Below are positions 25,347 through 36,570 of a stretch of DNA of 64,000 nt, in pieces (position 1 is the first letter of the stretch; every line of letters begins with the position of its first letter). The translations under genes were made by a program, and so were the position numbers. The DNA is from Obrimoposthia wandeli (Eukaryota): positions 62,001 to 126,000 of the forward strand of contig CDROCS010002621.1 of the NCBI GenBank assembly GCA_977020255.1. Direction: 5' to 3'. Below the pieces are notes generated by a model, which searched no databases, was not told where the DNA came from, and saw only the letters and a program-made list of their open reading frames with translations.

Positions 25347-28300
25347 ATGATGAAAAAATTATGGAAAATTATTCAGATAATATTAATAATATGTCTAATT
25401 ATGAACATGATAAAACCAATTAATGCTTTAGAAGCATATGATTGTTCAAAATATAAAATTCAAAATCAATATTCTTTAATGGATTTACAGCAATGTGCAG
25501 ACGCTGACCCAAATGAGGTAAAAATCCAAAATACTAAGTTGTATCAAGTATATCAGGAAACAGATTTCATATATGCAGAAGTTTTCGAATGTAGAGTACA
25601 TGTAGAGACATTTATAACATATTGTGGACAACATAGTCACAATTCAATAGTAAAACCAGCATTAGGAAAAACACCAATAATAGTTGACGCTTTAAATTGT
25701 AAAGATGCTTTCGCAACATGAGAATTGAGAATAGATAGAGAAATTAAAGTCCGAGCAGCGAAAAATAAAATAATTCAACAAATGATATCAGTTCTAAGTA
25801 CGATTAAATCTGATGGAGAATGTACAACAGGAACTTATGTCGTAATGGGAGTTAAGCAAAGTGGTTTAGTAGTTAATAAAAATTTTGAAGTCGAAATAAG
25901 AACTTTCAAAGCGTTAGGATTAGGTTTTGATTAAAATTGAATAAATAATTGTTTTTTATAGTAAAATGAAAATCCTTGAAAGCAAGGTTAAGAATTAAAT
26001 AAATTTTAAAATCAAAATTAAATTATTAAAATTAAAATAAGAATAAATATTAGAAGACCACGAAGGTCGTGTATAATGCGTTGTATATAAAGGTTAAGTT
26101 GACAAAAGCAAAGTGCAAGAAAAAAGAGAATTAATCAACAGAAATTAATTAGCAGAAATTAATTAGCCAACGTCAGAAATCGCCACGTCAGCAAACGTCA
26201 GCAAAAGGTAAGCACATTTTAGTGCGATCAATTAATTTGCCTTGCAGATCCGAAGAAGTCAATCAACGGATCGCCAGGTGGAATTAGACTATATAAGTCT
26301 ACTCAGTTATTAGTTAGACCACGAAAAGCCAAAACAATACACAAGACAACAGATTCCAGTATCAGCAGCGCTTCGCAATCACGGTTAGTATTTATAGTGT
26401 TGGACTGACTAAATTATTGATTTCTAGAATCAGTCGATTAACAATTGTCAAATTCCCACACTTCGCCACGGGTCAGAAAATTACCGGCAATTTCGTTTAA
26501 CCGATCTCAGTCTATATTAACCGATCTCAGTCTATATCAACCAATCTCAGTCTATACCAACCGAGACAGTCTAATCTATAACATCTCGATCTCGGAGAAC
26601 TCTCTGGAATCGGCGAGAATCTAGGAGCCCACGAACCTGAGCGATCTTGGAAAACGGAACGACAGCAGAGATATCGGACACCTCCAGTCTTAGTGTAAGA
26701 CAGATAAATTAAATTGCTAAAAGTTTTATCGCTAAGAAGTTTTGGAAATTGCTAAAATGTTTTATCACTAGAAGTTTTGGAATTATTAAATTGCTAAAAG
26801 TTTTACCACTAAAAGTTTGAAATTGTTGAATTGCTAAAGAGTTTTATTACTGAAAGTTTGAAATTATTAAATTGCTAAAAGTTTTATCATTAGAAGTTTT
26901 GGAATTATTTATCACTAAAAGTTTTATCACTAGAAGTTTGAAATTATTAAATTGCTAAAAGTTTTATCATTAGAAGTTTTGGAATTATTAAATTGATAAA
27001 AGTTTTATCGCTAAGAAGTTTTGGAATTATTAAATTGCTAAAAGTTTTATCACTAAGAATTTTGGAATTATTAAATTGCTAAAAGTTTTATCGCTAAGAA
27101 GTTTTGGAAATTGCTAAAAAGTTTTATCACTAGAAGTTTTGGAATTATTAAATTGCTAAAAGTTTTACCACTAAAAGTTTGAATTATTAGATTGCTAAAA
27201 AGTTTTACCACTAAAAGTTTTGAATTATTGAATCGCTAAAATTGCATTAGAGTATATTATCAGTTTGATTAGTTGTGAAGTTGGATTACACCGATAATTC
27301 GACAAGAAAGTGTATTCCCATTTTAGAGGGGTTACCCTATCTAGAATCAACCCATATTTTTAGAGCAACCAGCTCTATAAATCTATAGCTTTGAACTTAC
27401 CCACGATCTAGAGGAAAGACTCTAAGAATCACCAACCCTAACCTTAAAATCCCATTTGGAATTTAATATTGATCACAGTTTTTAAAGAACATTGAAAGCT
27501 AAATTGGTTCAGTTATATTTCCTATATTTCTAGCAAACAACTGGCCCATCCTTTTAAAGCAACAGCTCTGTAAAACCTATAAACTTAATTTCCGTATTGG
27601 TTGGAGTAAAGACTCTAGCAACCAACTAATCCTATCTAAAAATCGATACGTGGTTCATCCCCACTTGTGTAGAGACTTATAGAAGTCTTAGAAATTTTTA
27701 CTGTAACCTTTTAGAAAATACGTACGTAAACGTATTGTTGTGTTTAATCTAGTGTGTTAAAAATAAACGATTTCCTACATTAGAAAGTATTGTTTTAAAC
27801 CCTTCAGATTAAGAGACATCAAAAGCAAACACCTTCAGATAAGCAATTGAGATAGGCAACCATAACATTAAGTAGGCCACGACCATCGTTAAGTCCTGCT
27901 TCTATAGAACTCACGTTGGGGCCCTCCGCACACAAGAGGATCTATATAAGTCTCATATAGAAACCCCAACAAAAGCAACATTCGACCCTTCCACAAACAG
28001 AATGGTAACAATGCCATTTTGTGAAGCAAACATAGGTCACTGTAACACGGGTTCTTCAATACTTTACTACAAAGTAAAAATGGATCAATGTAAATTAACA
28101 CATTTAAAATCAGAAACTTTTCAAATAATTCAAGGAAAAAGATTTAGAGATGATCCGGAACTAGATCAACAAATTCCAAAGGACATACGCAAAATATATA
28201 GAACTAGAAAAATACGAAAAACACCAACTCCAACTATATTAATGTCTATTGAACAAGGTTCAGGAATGCGATTTATTAAAAAGAAAGAGGAATCCCGATG

Positions 28301-29305
28301 TGGACACTCTGTTTATACAACTAATTATAAAGGAATATATTTATGTAATGAAAAATACATAATGCATAAACGACACCAACTAAATTTGATATTAAAAATT
28401 ATGATTATTTTAACAATAAAATAGATTATTTTTATCACAAAGGACTAATGACAATAGAAGCAATATATAGAGAAACCATAATGAATGATTGTAAATTAAA
28501 TCAAGAAATATTAAAAACAAAATTGGCAATTATTGCTACTAACCCAGAATTAATAACACCATTATTACCATTAGCTGACGGTACTTTTGGAAGAGTAATG
28601 GGAGAAGTGTTATACACTTATCAATGTAAAAAAGTAATAGTTAACATAAGAAATCACCAAAAATGTACAAAAGAATTACCAATTTCTTACAAAAATAATT
28701 CATTATTTGTAGAACCAATCACTAGAATCATACTTTTTAACACATTTAGTATAAAAGAAATAAACTGCTCAAACATAATGGCACCTCATTATCAAATTTC
28801 AAAAGATATTAGGATTTCACTTCCAAGAAGAGATATTGTCGCAGAACCAAAAAAATTACAATTAACCACTCTCAGCAACGACATCAATATACAATCAGAT
28901 AACGAATTAAACACAAAAGGAATTTATATACAGGAAAATATAGATAAGTTAAGAAAAGAAATTTTATTTCCACAAATAAGATCCAGAATTTTAACACAAA
29001 TCATAGAAAGATCAGTACTTGACGGAATTAGCCGTCTCGATTACGACTTATTACTTTCTCCAAATCATTTTATAAAAGCCACTAAAAACACCATGTCAAA
29101 AATATGGGGAAAATTTTTAATTTTTGGACAAGCATTTTCTGGATTAGTTGGAATTTATGCTATATTAATTTGCTTTAAGATTCTTCTAAGTCAAATTTTA
29201 TCAACATATTATATTTATAAAGTTGGAGGATTAACATGGAAATTAATCTTAGGATGTTTCCCATTTTTGGCAAAATTCTTATTTTTAATCATCATCAAAA
29301 CATAG
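25347..29305 (+). pseudogene. env: env-like glycoprotein resembling Chuviridae/Jingchuvirales glycoproteins, split by a solo LTR (25912-27971)
   Basis: Signal-peptide-like MMKKLWKIIQIILIICLIMNMIKPINA, then LEAYDCSKY...SLMDLQQC...EVFECRVHVETFITYCGQHSHNSIV, later NNKIDYFYHKG...MNDCKLNQEILKTKLAIIATNP...YTYQCKKV...ELPISYKN...FVEPITRI, and a C-terminal hydrophobic anchor (29100-29290). This cysteine/motif pattern is the one I recognise from chuvirus-type glycoproteins. Removing the insert restores RTFKATFDPSTNRMV in frame. TGA at 25719, frameshift about 28350-28400. Confidence 0.72.
25912..27971 (+). mobile_element. Solo LTR (family C, about 2.06 kb) inserted in env of copy A
   Basis: Ends CGTTAGG (probably TG mutated to CG) ... 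ACCCCAACA; 4-bp TSD AAAG (25908-25911 and 27972-27975); excision restores the env frame. Internal 20-bp repeats (26499-26570) and about 41-bp repeats (about 26710-27245). No internal coding sequence recognised. Confidence 0.8.
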
Positions 29306-32300
29306 TAAACACATTATCAAATGAAATGCGAGAAACAAATATACAAAAAATTACAAGTACCAAAGAAACAGAAAAAACGGAATCTTCACAATATCCTGAT
29401 TTAGAAAAATATATAGATAAAACAACTATACAAAAACCATCTGCACCAACAATATATACAATAAATCAAAAAGATAACGACAAACGACCATATGTAAAAG
29501 TAGAAATTAACGAATATAAACTTAAAGCTTTAATTGACACAGGATCAAGCGTAACAGTTTTAGACGAATCTTTCTTAAAAACACAACAAAAATTACTTCT
29601 TCTTAAGGAAAATAGTCAAGTCACAGCAGCAAACGGTCAACCCGTAAATATAATAGGAAAATTAGACTGTCTTTTTAAAAAAGGAGATAAATTCATAAAA
29701 ATACCTACAAGAATAATGAAAAATTTTCCTTGCCAAATGATCATAGGAATAGATACATTAAGAAAATTAGGAAATAATTTCCATTTTGATTTTGAAAAAA
29801 ATCAAATAAAATACATTTACAGACCTAACGCCAAAAATGAATACGAGTTAGAAATAAAAGGAGATATCATTCTCCAACCAAGAACAGAAACAATGTTACA
29901 ACTAGAAACTAACATAATCACAGAAAAAGATGTATTATTTGAACCTTATAAATATCAACAAGAAACCTTGAACTACGTTTTGCCAAATATAATTTGTAAA
30001 ATAAAAAACAACACAATACCAATCAGAATCCTAAATGCAAACATTAATGAAATTCATCTCAAGGAAGGAGTACGTCTTGGAAAAATAAGTGTTATTGAAA
30101 ATATTGAATTAATAGATAATGAAAAAATAGAAGATAAATCTAAGATAAATTTTAACGATATCAAATTAAATGATTATGAAAAATCAAAACTTAAAACTTT
30201 AACAGAAAAATATGATGTAATATTTGCTAAAAATGAATACGATTTAGGTCGAACAAATTTGATAAAACATAATCTTCCGTTAACAACAAACACAGCAATA
30301 AAACAACGACCCTACCGAATTCCATATGCCTACAGAGATGAGGCTCAAAGACAAATAAAAGGAATGTTAGAAAATGAAATTGTTAGAAGAAGTTTTTCTG
30401 CATGGACATCACCTGTTGTTTTAGTAAAAAAGAAAGATGGTTCTTTGAGATTTTGCGTAGACTACAGAAAACTAAACGAAGTCACTCACAAAGATACTTA
30501 TCCACTGCCAAGAATTGATGAAATATTAGACAAACTAAAAAATGCAAAAGTATTTACAACTTTAAATTTACAGAGTGGATACTGGCAAATAGAAATTGAG
30601 GAGTCAGATAAATATAAAACAGCTTTCTCAACAGGAGAAGGATTGTATGAATTCAATGTCTTACCATTTGGATTAACCGGAGCTCCAGCAACATTTCAGA
30701 GATGTATGAGCCATATTTTAATGGATGCAGATCACGTAATGGTATATATCGACGACATTCTTATTTTTTCAAAAAATTTTGAAGAACATTTATAAGATTT
30801 AGAAAACGTATTCTTAAGATTACAGGTGGCAGGATTAAAACTAAAACCAAAGAAATGTGAATGGATAAAAGATACAGTAAATTACTTAGGACATGCTGTA
30901 TCAGCAAAAGGAATACAACCAGACGAGAGTAATGTAGAAAAGATTAAAAATTTTCCGATCCCAAAAACAGTAAAAAATATACAGGAATTTTTAGGGCTTG
31001 CAGGATATAATCGAAGATTTATTAGAAATTTCGCACAAATAGCGATACCATTAAATAAACTTATTAAAAAAGATGAAAAATTTGAATGGGAAAAAGAACA
31101 ACAAGAATCTTATGAATATTTAAAACAAAAACTAATCGAAAAACCTATACTTAGATATCCTAATTTTAATAATTCATTTTTAGTTATGACTGACGCCAGT
31201 GGTTATGCGTTAGGAGCAGTTTTAGGACAACAGGAAAATAACGAAAAAGATCATGTGATAGCATATGCGAGCAGAGGTCTTAAAAAACATGAAAAGAATT
31301 ACTCAACGATAGAAAGAGAATGCCTAGCTATTTGCTTTGCAATGGAACATTTTAAACATTACTTATTAGGTCGAAAGGTTTATGTTTACACAGATCAAAG
31401 ACCATTACAATGGCTTTTAAATCATAAGGATACAACATCTAGATTAATGAGATGGGCATTGATTTTACAAAAATATGATATTGAAATAAAATATAGAAAA
31501 GGAAAATCTAACGCTAATGCAGATTGTCTATCACGAATAAGAGAAGAAATAAACGAAATAACTGCAAACGACATCGAATTAAATCTTTTTACAATAATTC
31601 AAGCTAAATATGATGAAAAAGTAATTACTAAACTTCAAAGCAAAGATAATGAAATTCAGCAAATAACTAAATACATTAGCACAAACGAAGTACCAACAGA
31701 TGAAAAATTAAGAAAACATTTAAAAACTCACGAATCACGATACAAATATAGTAATGAAATATTATATTATTTAAATGACAAAAATCTATATTCACTAGTT
31801 ATTCCTAAAGAAATTCAGTGTCAATTACTTCTTCAATATCATAATGGAGCCCTAGGAGGACATTTATCATCAAAAAAGACATATTCACGATTAAATTTAA
31901 AATACTATTGGATTGACATGAAAGAAGATGTAAAAAATTGGTGTAAAACATGTGAAATATGTCTTAAACGGAAAAATACTTTACGTACCACAAAAATTCC
32001 TTTAAAACCAATACCTTATCCATCAGCCCCCATGGAAACTGTTGCCATGGATGTAATGGGACCATTACCTGAAACACCCCGAGGAAATCGATATATAATA
32101 GTATTTTCTGATTATTTTACAAGATGGCCAGAGGCTTTTCCAACACATGATCAAAAGGCTGAAACCATCGCGAAGGTTTTAGTCGAAAAAATTATTTTTA
32201 CTTTCGGTGCACCCCGAAAATTATTAACCGACAAAGGTCCTGAATTTATAAATAATGTATTAGCGTCAATAGCTGAAATTTTTCACATAAAAAGATCAAT

Positions 32301-32858
32301 ACAACTCCATATCACCCTCAAACTGACGGGTTAGTAGAAAGATTTAATAGAACCCTCGAAGATATGATGGCATCATACACAAACAACAACCAAACAGATT
32401 GGGATTTACACATACCTCCATGCCTTTTTGCATATAGAACATCAGTACATGCATCCACAGGAGAAACACCTTTTTATCTTATGTTCCTCAGAGATCCTCA
32501 AATGCCTATTGACCTAACATTACTACAACCAACTACACAATACTTAGAAATACCTGAATATAAAATAGAAATTAGAGAAAGAATAAAACTAGCATTCGAA
32601 AAAGCTAAACTATTTGTAAAAAACATACAAGAAAATTACAAAGAATATTATGATAGAAGAACTAAGCCATTAAATATAAAAAGTGGAAGTAAAGTGATGA
32701 TTCACAATCCACAAATTAATGTAGGATTATCACACAAATTATCAAAACCATACAAAGGACCATATACAGTCATTAGTACCAACGGAACCAACATAACAGC
32801 TAAACTAGATAATGAACCAAAATCAAAAGAAATAAGAGCACATATAAACAGATGTTGA
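29236..32858 (+). pseudogene. pol: pol: aspartic protease, reverse transcriptase, RNase H, integrase (copy A)
   Basis: Protease ALIDTGSSVT. RT: SAWTSPVVLVKKKDGSLRFCVDYRKLN, YPLPRID, FNVLPFGLTGAPATFQ, YIDD. RNase H: TDASGYALGAVL, YSTIERECLAI. Integrase: zinc-binding H..GGH...CKTCEIC, MDVMGP, TDKGPEF, GLVERFNRTL (after a frameshift about 32290), KGPY. In-frame TAA at 30793. Confidence 0.97.
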
Positions 32859-32936
32859 GAAATACCTGAGGAGAATACAAAAGTAAAAAGTCACAAATAT
32901 AACTTAAGATCAACTAATGATAATACAATTCTACAA

Positions 32937-34253
32937 ATGTTGACAATAAAAAACTCACAAAAACAAAATAAAACTATTTTGAGTCATCAAACCATAAATA
33001 CAATAAAAATGTCAATAAAAGAAATTGGTAAAATAATGATGTTATTGATAATATATTTTACAATAAAATATAACCTACTGAAAGTAAACGCAGCAAACAT
33101 AAATGACAATCAATCAATCATACAACAACAAACAAATAAATACGACTCAACAACTCATCTCATAAAAAATTTTTGCTTAATAACAATAATACCTGAAATC
33201 ACATCAATAAAGTTAAAAATTTCTCTTCATACAAACAAAACAGGAAATGTGCAAATCACACAAACAGATAGAAAACAAAATATAATTATTTCAGGAATAA
33301 AATCACAAAAATATACAATACCATTTTTAAGAACAGAAACACAATATAAAATAAGAATTAAGTCGAAATTAAAAAATATAACAATCTATGAAAGAATTAT
33401 AGAAACTCACATATACCTAGCATCAATATTAAAAACAACAGCAAAATATATATCAAAACATAAAATAATGATAAAATGGGAATTTCAACTAAAAATAGAT
33501 GACTTAGATAAAGCCCTCATTAGAATTAGATATAGAGGACATAATGCTAATTTTTGGAAAGACTCAGAAAAACAATTAGAAAATACACAAACTAAAACAA
33601 ATTTAACCATAGAAAATATAAGATATCCGGAGAAAATAATAATGGATAATAGAGAATGCGTAATCACTAATAAACCAATAATGTACAGACAATGGAGTCA
33701 AAAGTTTGAAAGTTATAAAAATCTAACAAAATTAACAATTTTAGGAAATAAGATATCCAAACTATATCAACCTACAATTTTTTGTGGTCGTTGGTCAGCA
33801 GTAAAAATTAAGAAATATGTTAAAGAAACAACCAAAAAACAAATGCTACATACCACAGCATTAACATCAAAGATTTACAGAATTACAAATCAAGTTGAAA
33901 TTACGGAGAAAATAAGAATTAAATTAAAATTAAAAACAACAAAAACAATATCCTATAAATCATTTAATAAAAGTTTAAAAATACACTATGGTAAACAAGA
34001 ACATTCAAGGAATGAAGATAAAAAAGAACTTATAATAATAGTTATAGTAATCGAAATAATTACATTTATAAATCAAATATCATGGAGAATTTTAATTTTG
34101 AAACATACAAAAATGATAGAAACAAAACAACGAAAACACTTTTGTGGCCCCCCAGGCCCTTTTACTATTTATATTATTCCCAAGGATGAGAATTCTTCAG
34201 AATTATCCATAAATACTGTAATAGAAAATAAGAAAAGAAATATAACACAATAA
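32937..34253 (+). CDS. Element-encoded putative type I membrane protein with FN3-like beta-sandwich domains (438 aa)
   Basis: Uninterrupted ORF. Hydrophobic signal-like segment IGKIMMLLIIYFTIKYNLLKVNA; FN3-like motifs YTIPFLRTETQYKIRIKS and IMIKWEF...IRIRYRG...FWK; several N-x-S/T sequons; C-terminal hydrophobic stretch LIIIVIVIEIITFINQISW. The FN3 call is motif-level inference only. Confidence 0.55.
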   Translation: MLTIKNSQKQNKTILSHQTINTIKMSIKEIGKIMMLLIIYFTIKYNLLKVNAANINDNQSIIQQQTNKYDSTTHLIKNFCLITIIPEITSIKLKISLHTNKTGNVQITQTDRKQNIIISGIKSQKYTIPFLRTETQYKIRIKSKLKNITIYERIIETHIYLASILKTTAKYISKHKIMIKWEFQLKIDDLDKALIRIRYRGHNANFWKDSEKQLENTQTKTNLTIENIRYPEKIIMDNRECVITNKPIMYRQWSQKFESYKNLTKLTILGNKISKLYQPTIFCGRWSAVKIKKYVKETTKKQMLHTTALTSKIYRITNQVEITEKIRIKLKLKTTKTISYKSFNKSLKIHYGKQEHSRNEDKKELIIIVIVIEIITFINQISWRILILKHTKMIETKQRKHFCGPPGPFTIYIIPKDENSSELSINTVIENKKRNITQ

Positions 34254-34449
34254 TCAAATTTTTTTTAAAATAAAACCATTTATGTAACAAATAATGTTAG
34301 TACTATTAAGTAAATCTAAATTAGTTAGGAAACAGAATAAAAATTTGATATATGTATATTTTAAAGAGGATTTAATGAAAATAATATTAAAATAAAATCA
34401 CCAGGAAACGCATCCTGAAATTTAATAATGGTTATTTTTAGATATAAAA

Positions 34450-34845
34450 ATGAACAGATTGGCAAAAGTTTGTAAAAAATGCAAAAAATTAGAGAAAAAG
34501 ATTCGAGATGTTTCCAGACAGCATGACGACTACTATATAAAGATCACAACTCAAAATGAATCACTGAAACAGTTAATAAAACAAAGTGTGGAAGAAAAAT
34601 TGAATAATGATTTAACAATTGACGAACTAGAAGGGAGATTGACACATAGTTTTGGCAGAATAGACTATTTAATACAACAAACTTTAAGTCAACGATCAAC
34701 TATAGCCTCATTAAGAAGACAAATGATGACCTATAGCGACATGATAAACTTTTATATGACCATTAATCCTACTATCCCAACTAATACAACACTTGATGAT
34801 GGATATGACTCGGATATGAACATTGGTGAACAAAACTCTGGTTAA
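34450..34845 (+). CDS. Element-encoded small coiled-coil protein (131 aa), function unknown
   Basis: Intact ATG-to-TAA ORF with heptad-like helical composition and N-terminal CKKC. A degenerate homologous sequence lies in copy B at about 38750-38900. Confidence 0.6.
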   Translation: MNRLAKVCKKCKKLEKKIRDVSRQHDDYYIKITTQNESLKQLIKQSVEEKLNNDLTIDELEGRLTHSFGRIDYLIQQTLSQRSTIASLRRQMMTYSDMINFYMTINPTIPTNTTLDDGYDSDMNIGEQNSG

Positions 34846-35013
34846 ACTATAACCATACATCCTTCTTTTGTACAAATTGTCTAACTTTTTGTTAATAAGT
34901 TTATTTTCATGACAAATCCCACATACTGCATGGATAAGACTGATATTTTTATAACTTTAAGACTGTGAAATAATTATATTATTTTATTCAACTAACAAAT
35001 TGATTAAAGCAGA

Positions 35014-36225
35014 ATGGATAACAATCACCTGGATACGACTCCAGACCAGCTCACTCGGTCAGATCAAACAAAAAGCACAGCAAAAATAGAAAGAGGAAAA
35101 TAGGAAAATATGCCAGAAAGGTGGTATTTAGCAAAATTCCTTTATCAAAAGATGCGTCAGTTTAGCATTGCATACTTTAGAAACAACGGAGGAAGAAAAA
35201 TGTTTTCAAATCAAACATTTCTTCCTAATAAGTTAAAAATTACCACAGAGGAAAGAACAAGCGCACTTATTTTTTCCAATGAGAAAAGACCAACCCATAT
35301 GGCTCTCAGCGAAATATTCCCCGATAATAATTGTGAAAAAATATATATTCACGTGGCACTAGGAGTGGCCCATTTAAAAACCAAATCAGATAAGACCTTA
35401 AACTTTCTGATGATAGGAAATCATACCTACACCTTACAAGCAGCACAATTAGAAAATAAATATAGCATAAAAATAGGAAGAGGACCAAATCTATTATTTA
35501 TAGAAAAAATAAGAAAAGCAGAAGTACCTCAACAAATAGCCCTTTTTGAATTAAAAAACGCACAGAAACCAGCAATTTTGTTCCTCGATTGCGAAATGGT
35601 GATATCAGTGGATAAACAGCCAGTTTTAGCAAGTGTTTCTATTATAAATTACATAGGCAACGTAATTATAGATACACTGTGCATAACTAGAGACAGAGTA
35701 AGAAATTACGTTACTAGAATAACTGGACTGTCAGATAGAAAGTTACAAGGATGTAGAGATGCTGATGAAGTAATTGAGGAAGTAAAAAACATTGTGAATG
35801 GTAACATCATCGTAGGTGTGGGACTAACAAACGATTTAAAAGCTTTACGCCTACAGAAATGGATGTTATTCAACATTGTTGATTTAGGAATATCTAAAAG
35901 CATAAAATCAGAACTAAATCACAATCACCCAAATATTGGACTCGCCAACATGGTACGGAAATACTTAAATGTAGAAACACAAAAAGGAGTCCACACTAGC
36001 ATGGAAGATGCAAATCACACCCGAAAAATTTTCATAATGAAGGAGGAAATGTTGAATAGAGAGTTTGATTTGACCGAGGTGATGAATCCACCATCTAGCG
36101 AGAACAACCCCAGTTCATCGTTCTCACAAATCCGGAGTCCGGTACACAAAACTCCCCGATTTTGTTGGATTAAGGTAGTACTATTATTATTTTTATTCTG
36201 TTTTCATTCTTGTCTAAATTTTTAA
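35014..36225 (+). CDS. Element-encoded REX4/ISG20-like DEDDh 3'-5' exonuclease with an unknown N-terminal domain
   Basis: ExoI LFLDCEMV (D 35587, E 35593), VLASVSIINYIGNVIIDT, NYVTRITGL, ExoII IVGVGLTNDLKAL (D 35833), ExoIII QKGVHTSMEDA (H 35992, D 36007). The ORF track starts at 35110; the upstream in-frame ATG at 35014 is separated by one TAG (35101), and copy B is open across the equivalent segment. Confidence 0.85.
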
Positions 36226-36570
36226 CGATATTTAAACAGACATGATTGTGATTAGTAAAACATTGATCAGTTATAACATACAAACAACACTAGTTAACCA
36301 TAGAAACAAGACAAAATAGTTTTACTAATAATTAAGATAAAAATTATAATTCTGAGGACAGAGACTTTTATGACCCGGAGGATTGTTGGGAAAATATTAT
36401 AGCTATTTATTTTGAAAAAATAAAAATATAAATATATATATAAAAAATCTTAAAAATAAAAAGTAAATAAGAATTAATTAACTAAAGAATTAATTAAGAA
36501 CTTTCCTTAATTAGGGAAAAGTTCTATTTAGAAAATATGCACTTTGGCATTTTAGTCTCAAGAGTGATCA

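Noticed and set aside
23960-35103. In-frame stops in copy A as evidence of an alternative genetic code
   Set aside because: TAA, TAG and TGA all occur, at positions implying different amino acids (W, G, K), alongside frameshifts; both host genes end in normal TAG stops. Ordinary decay.
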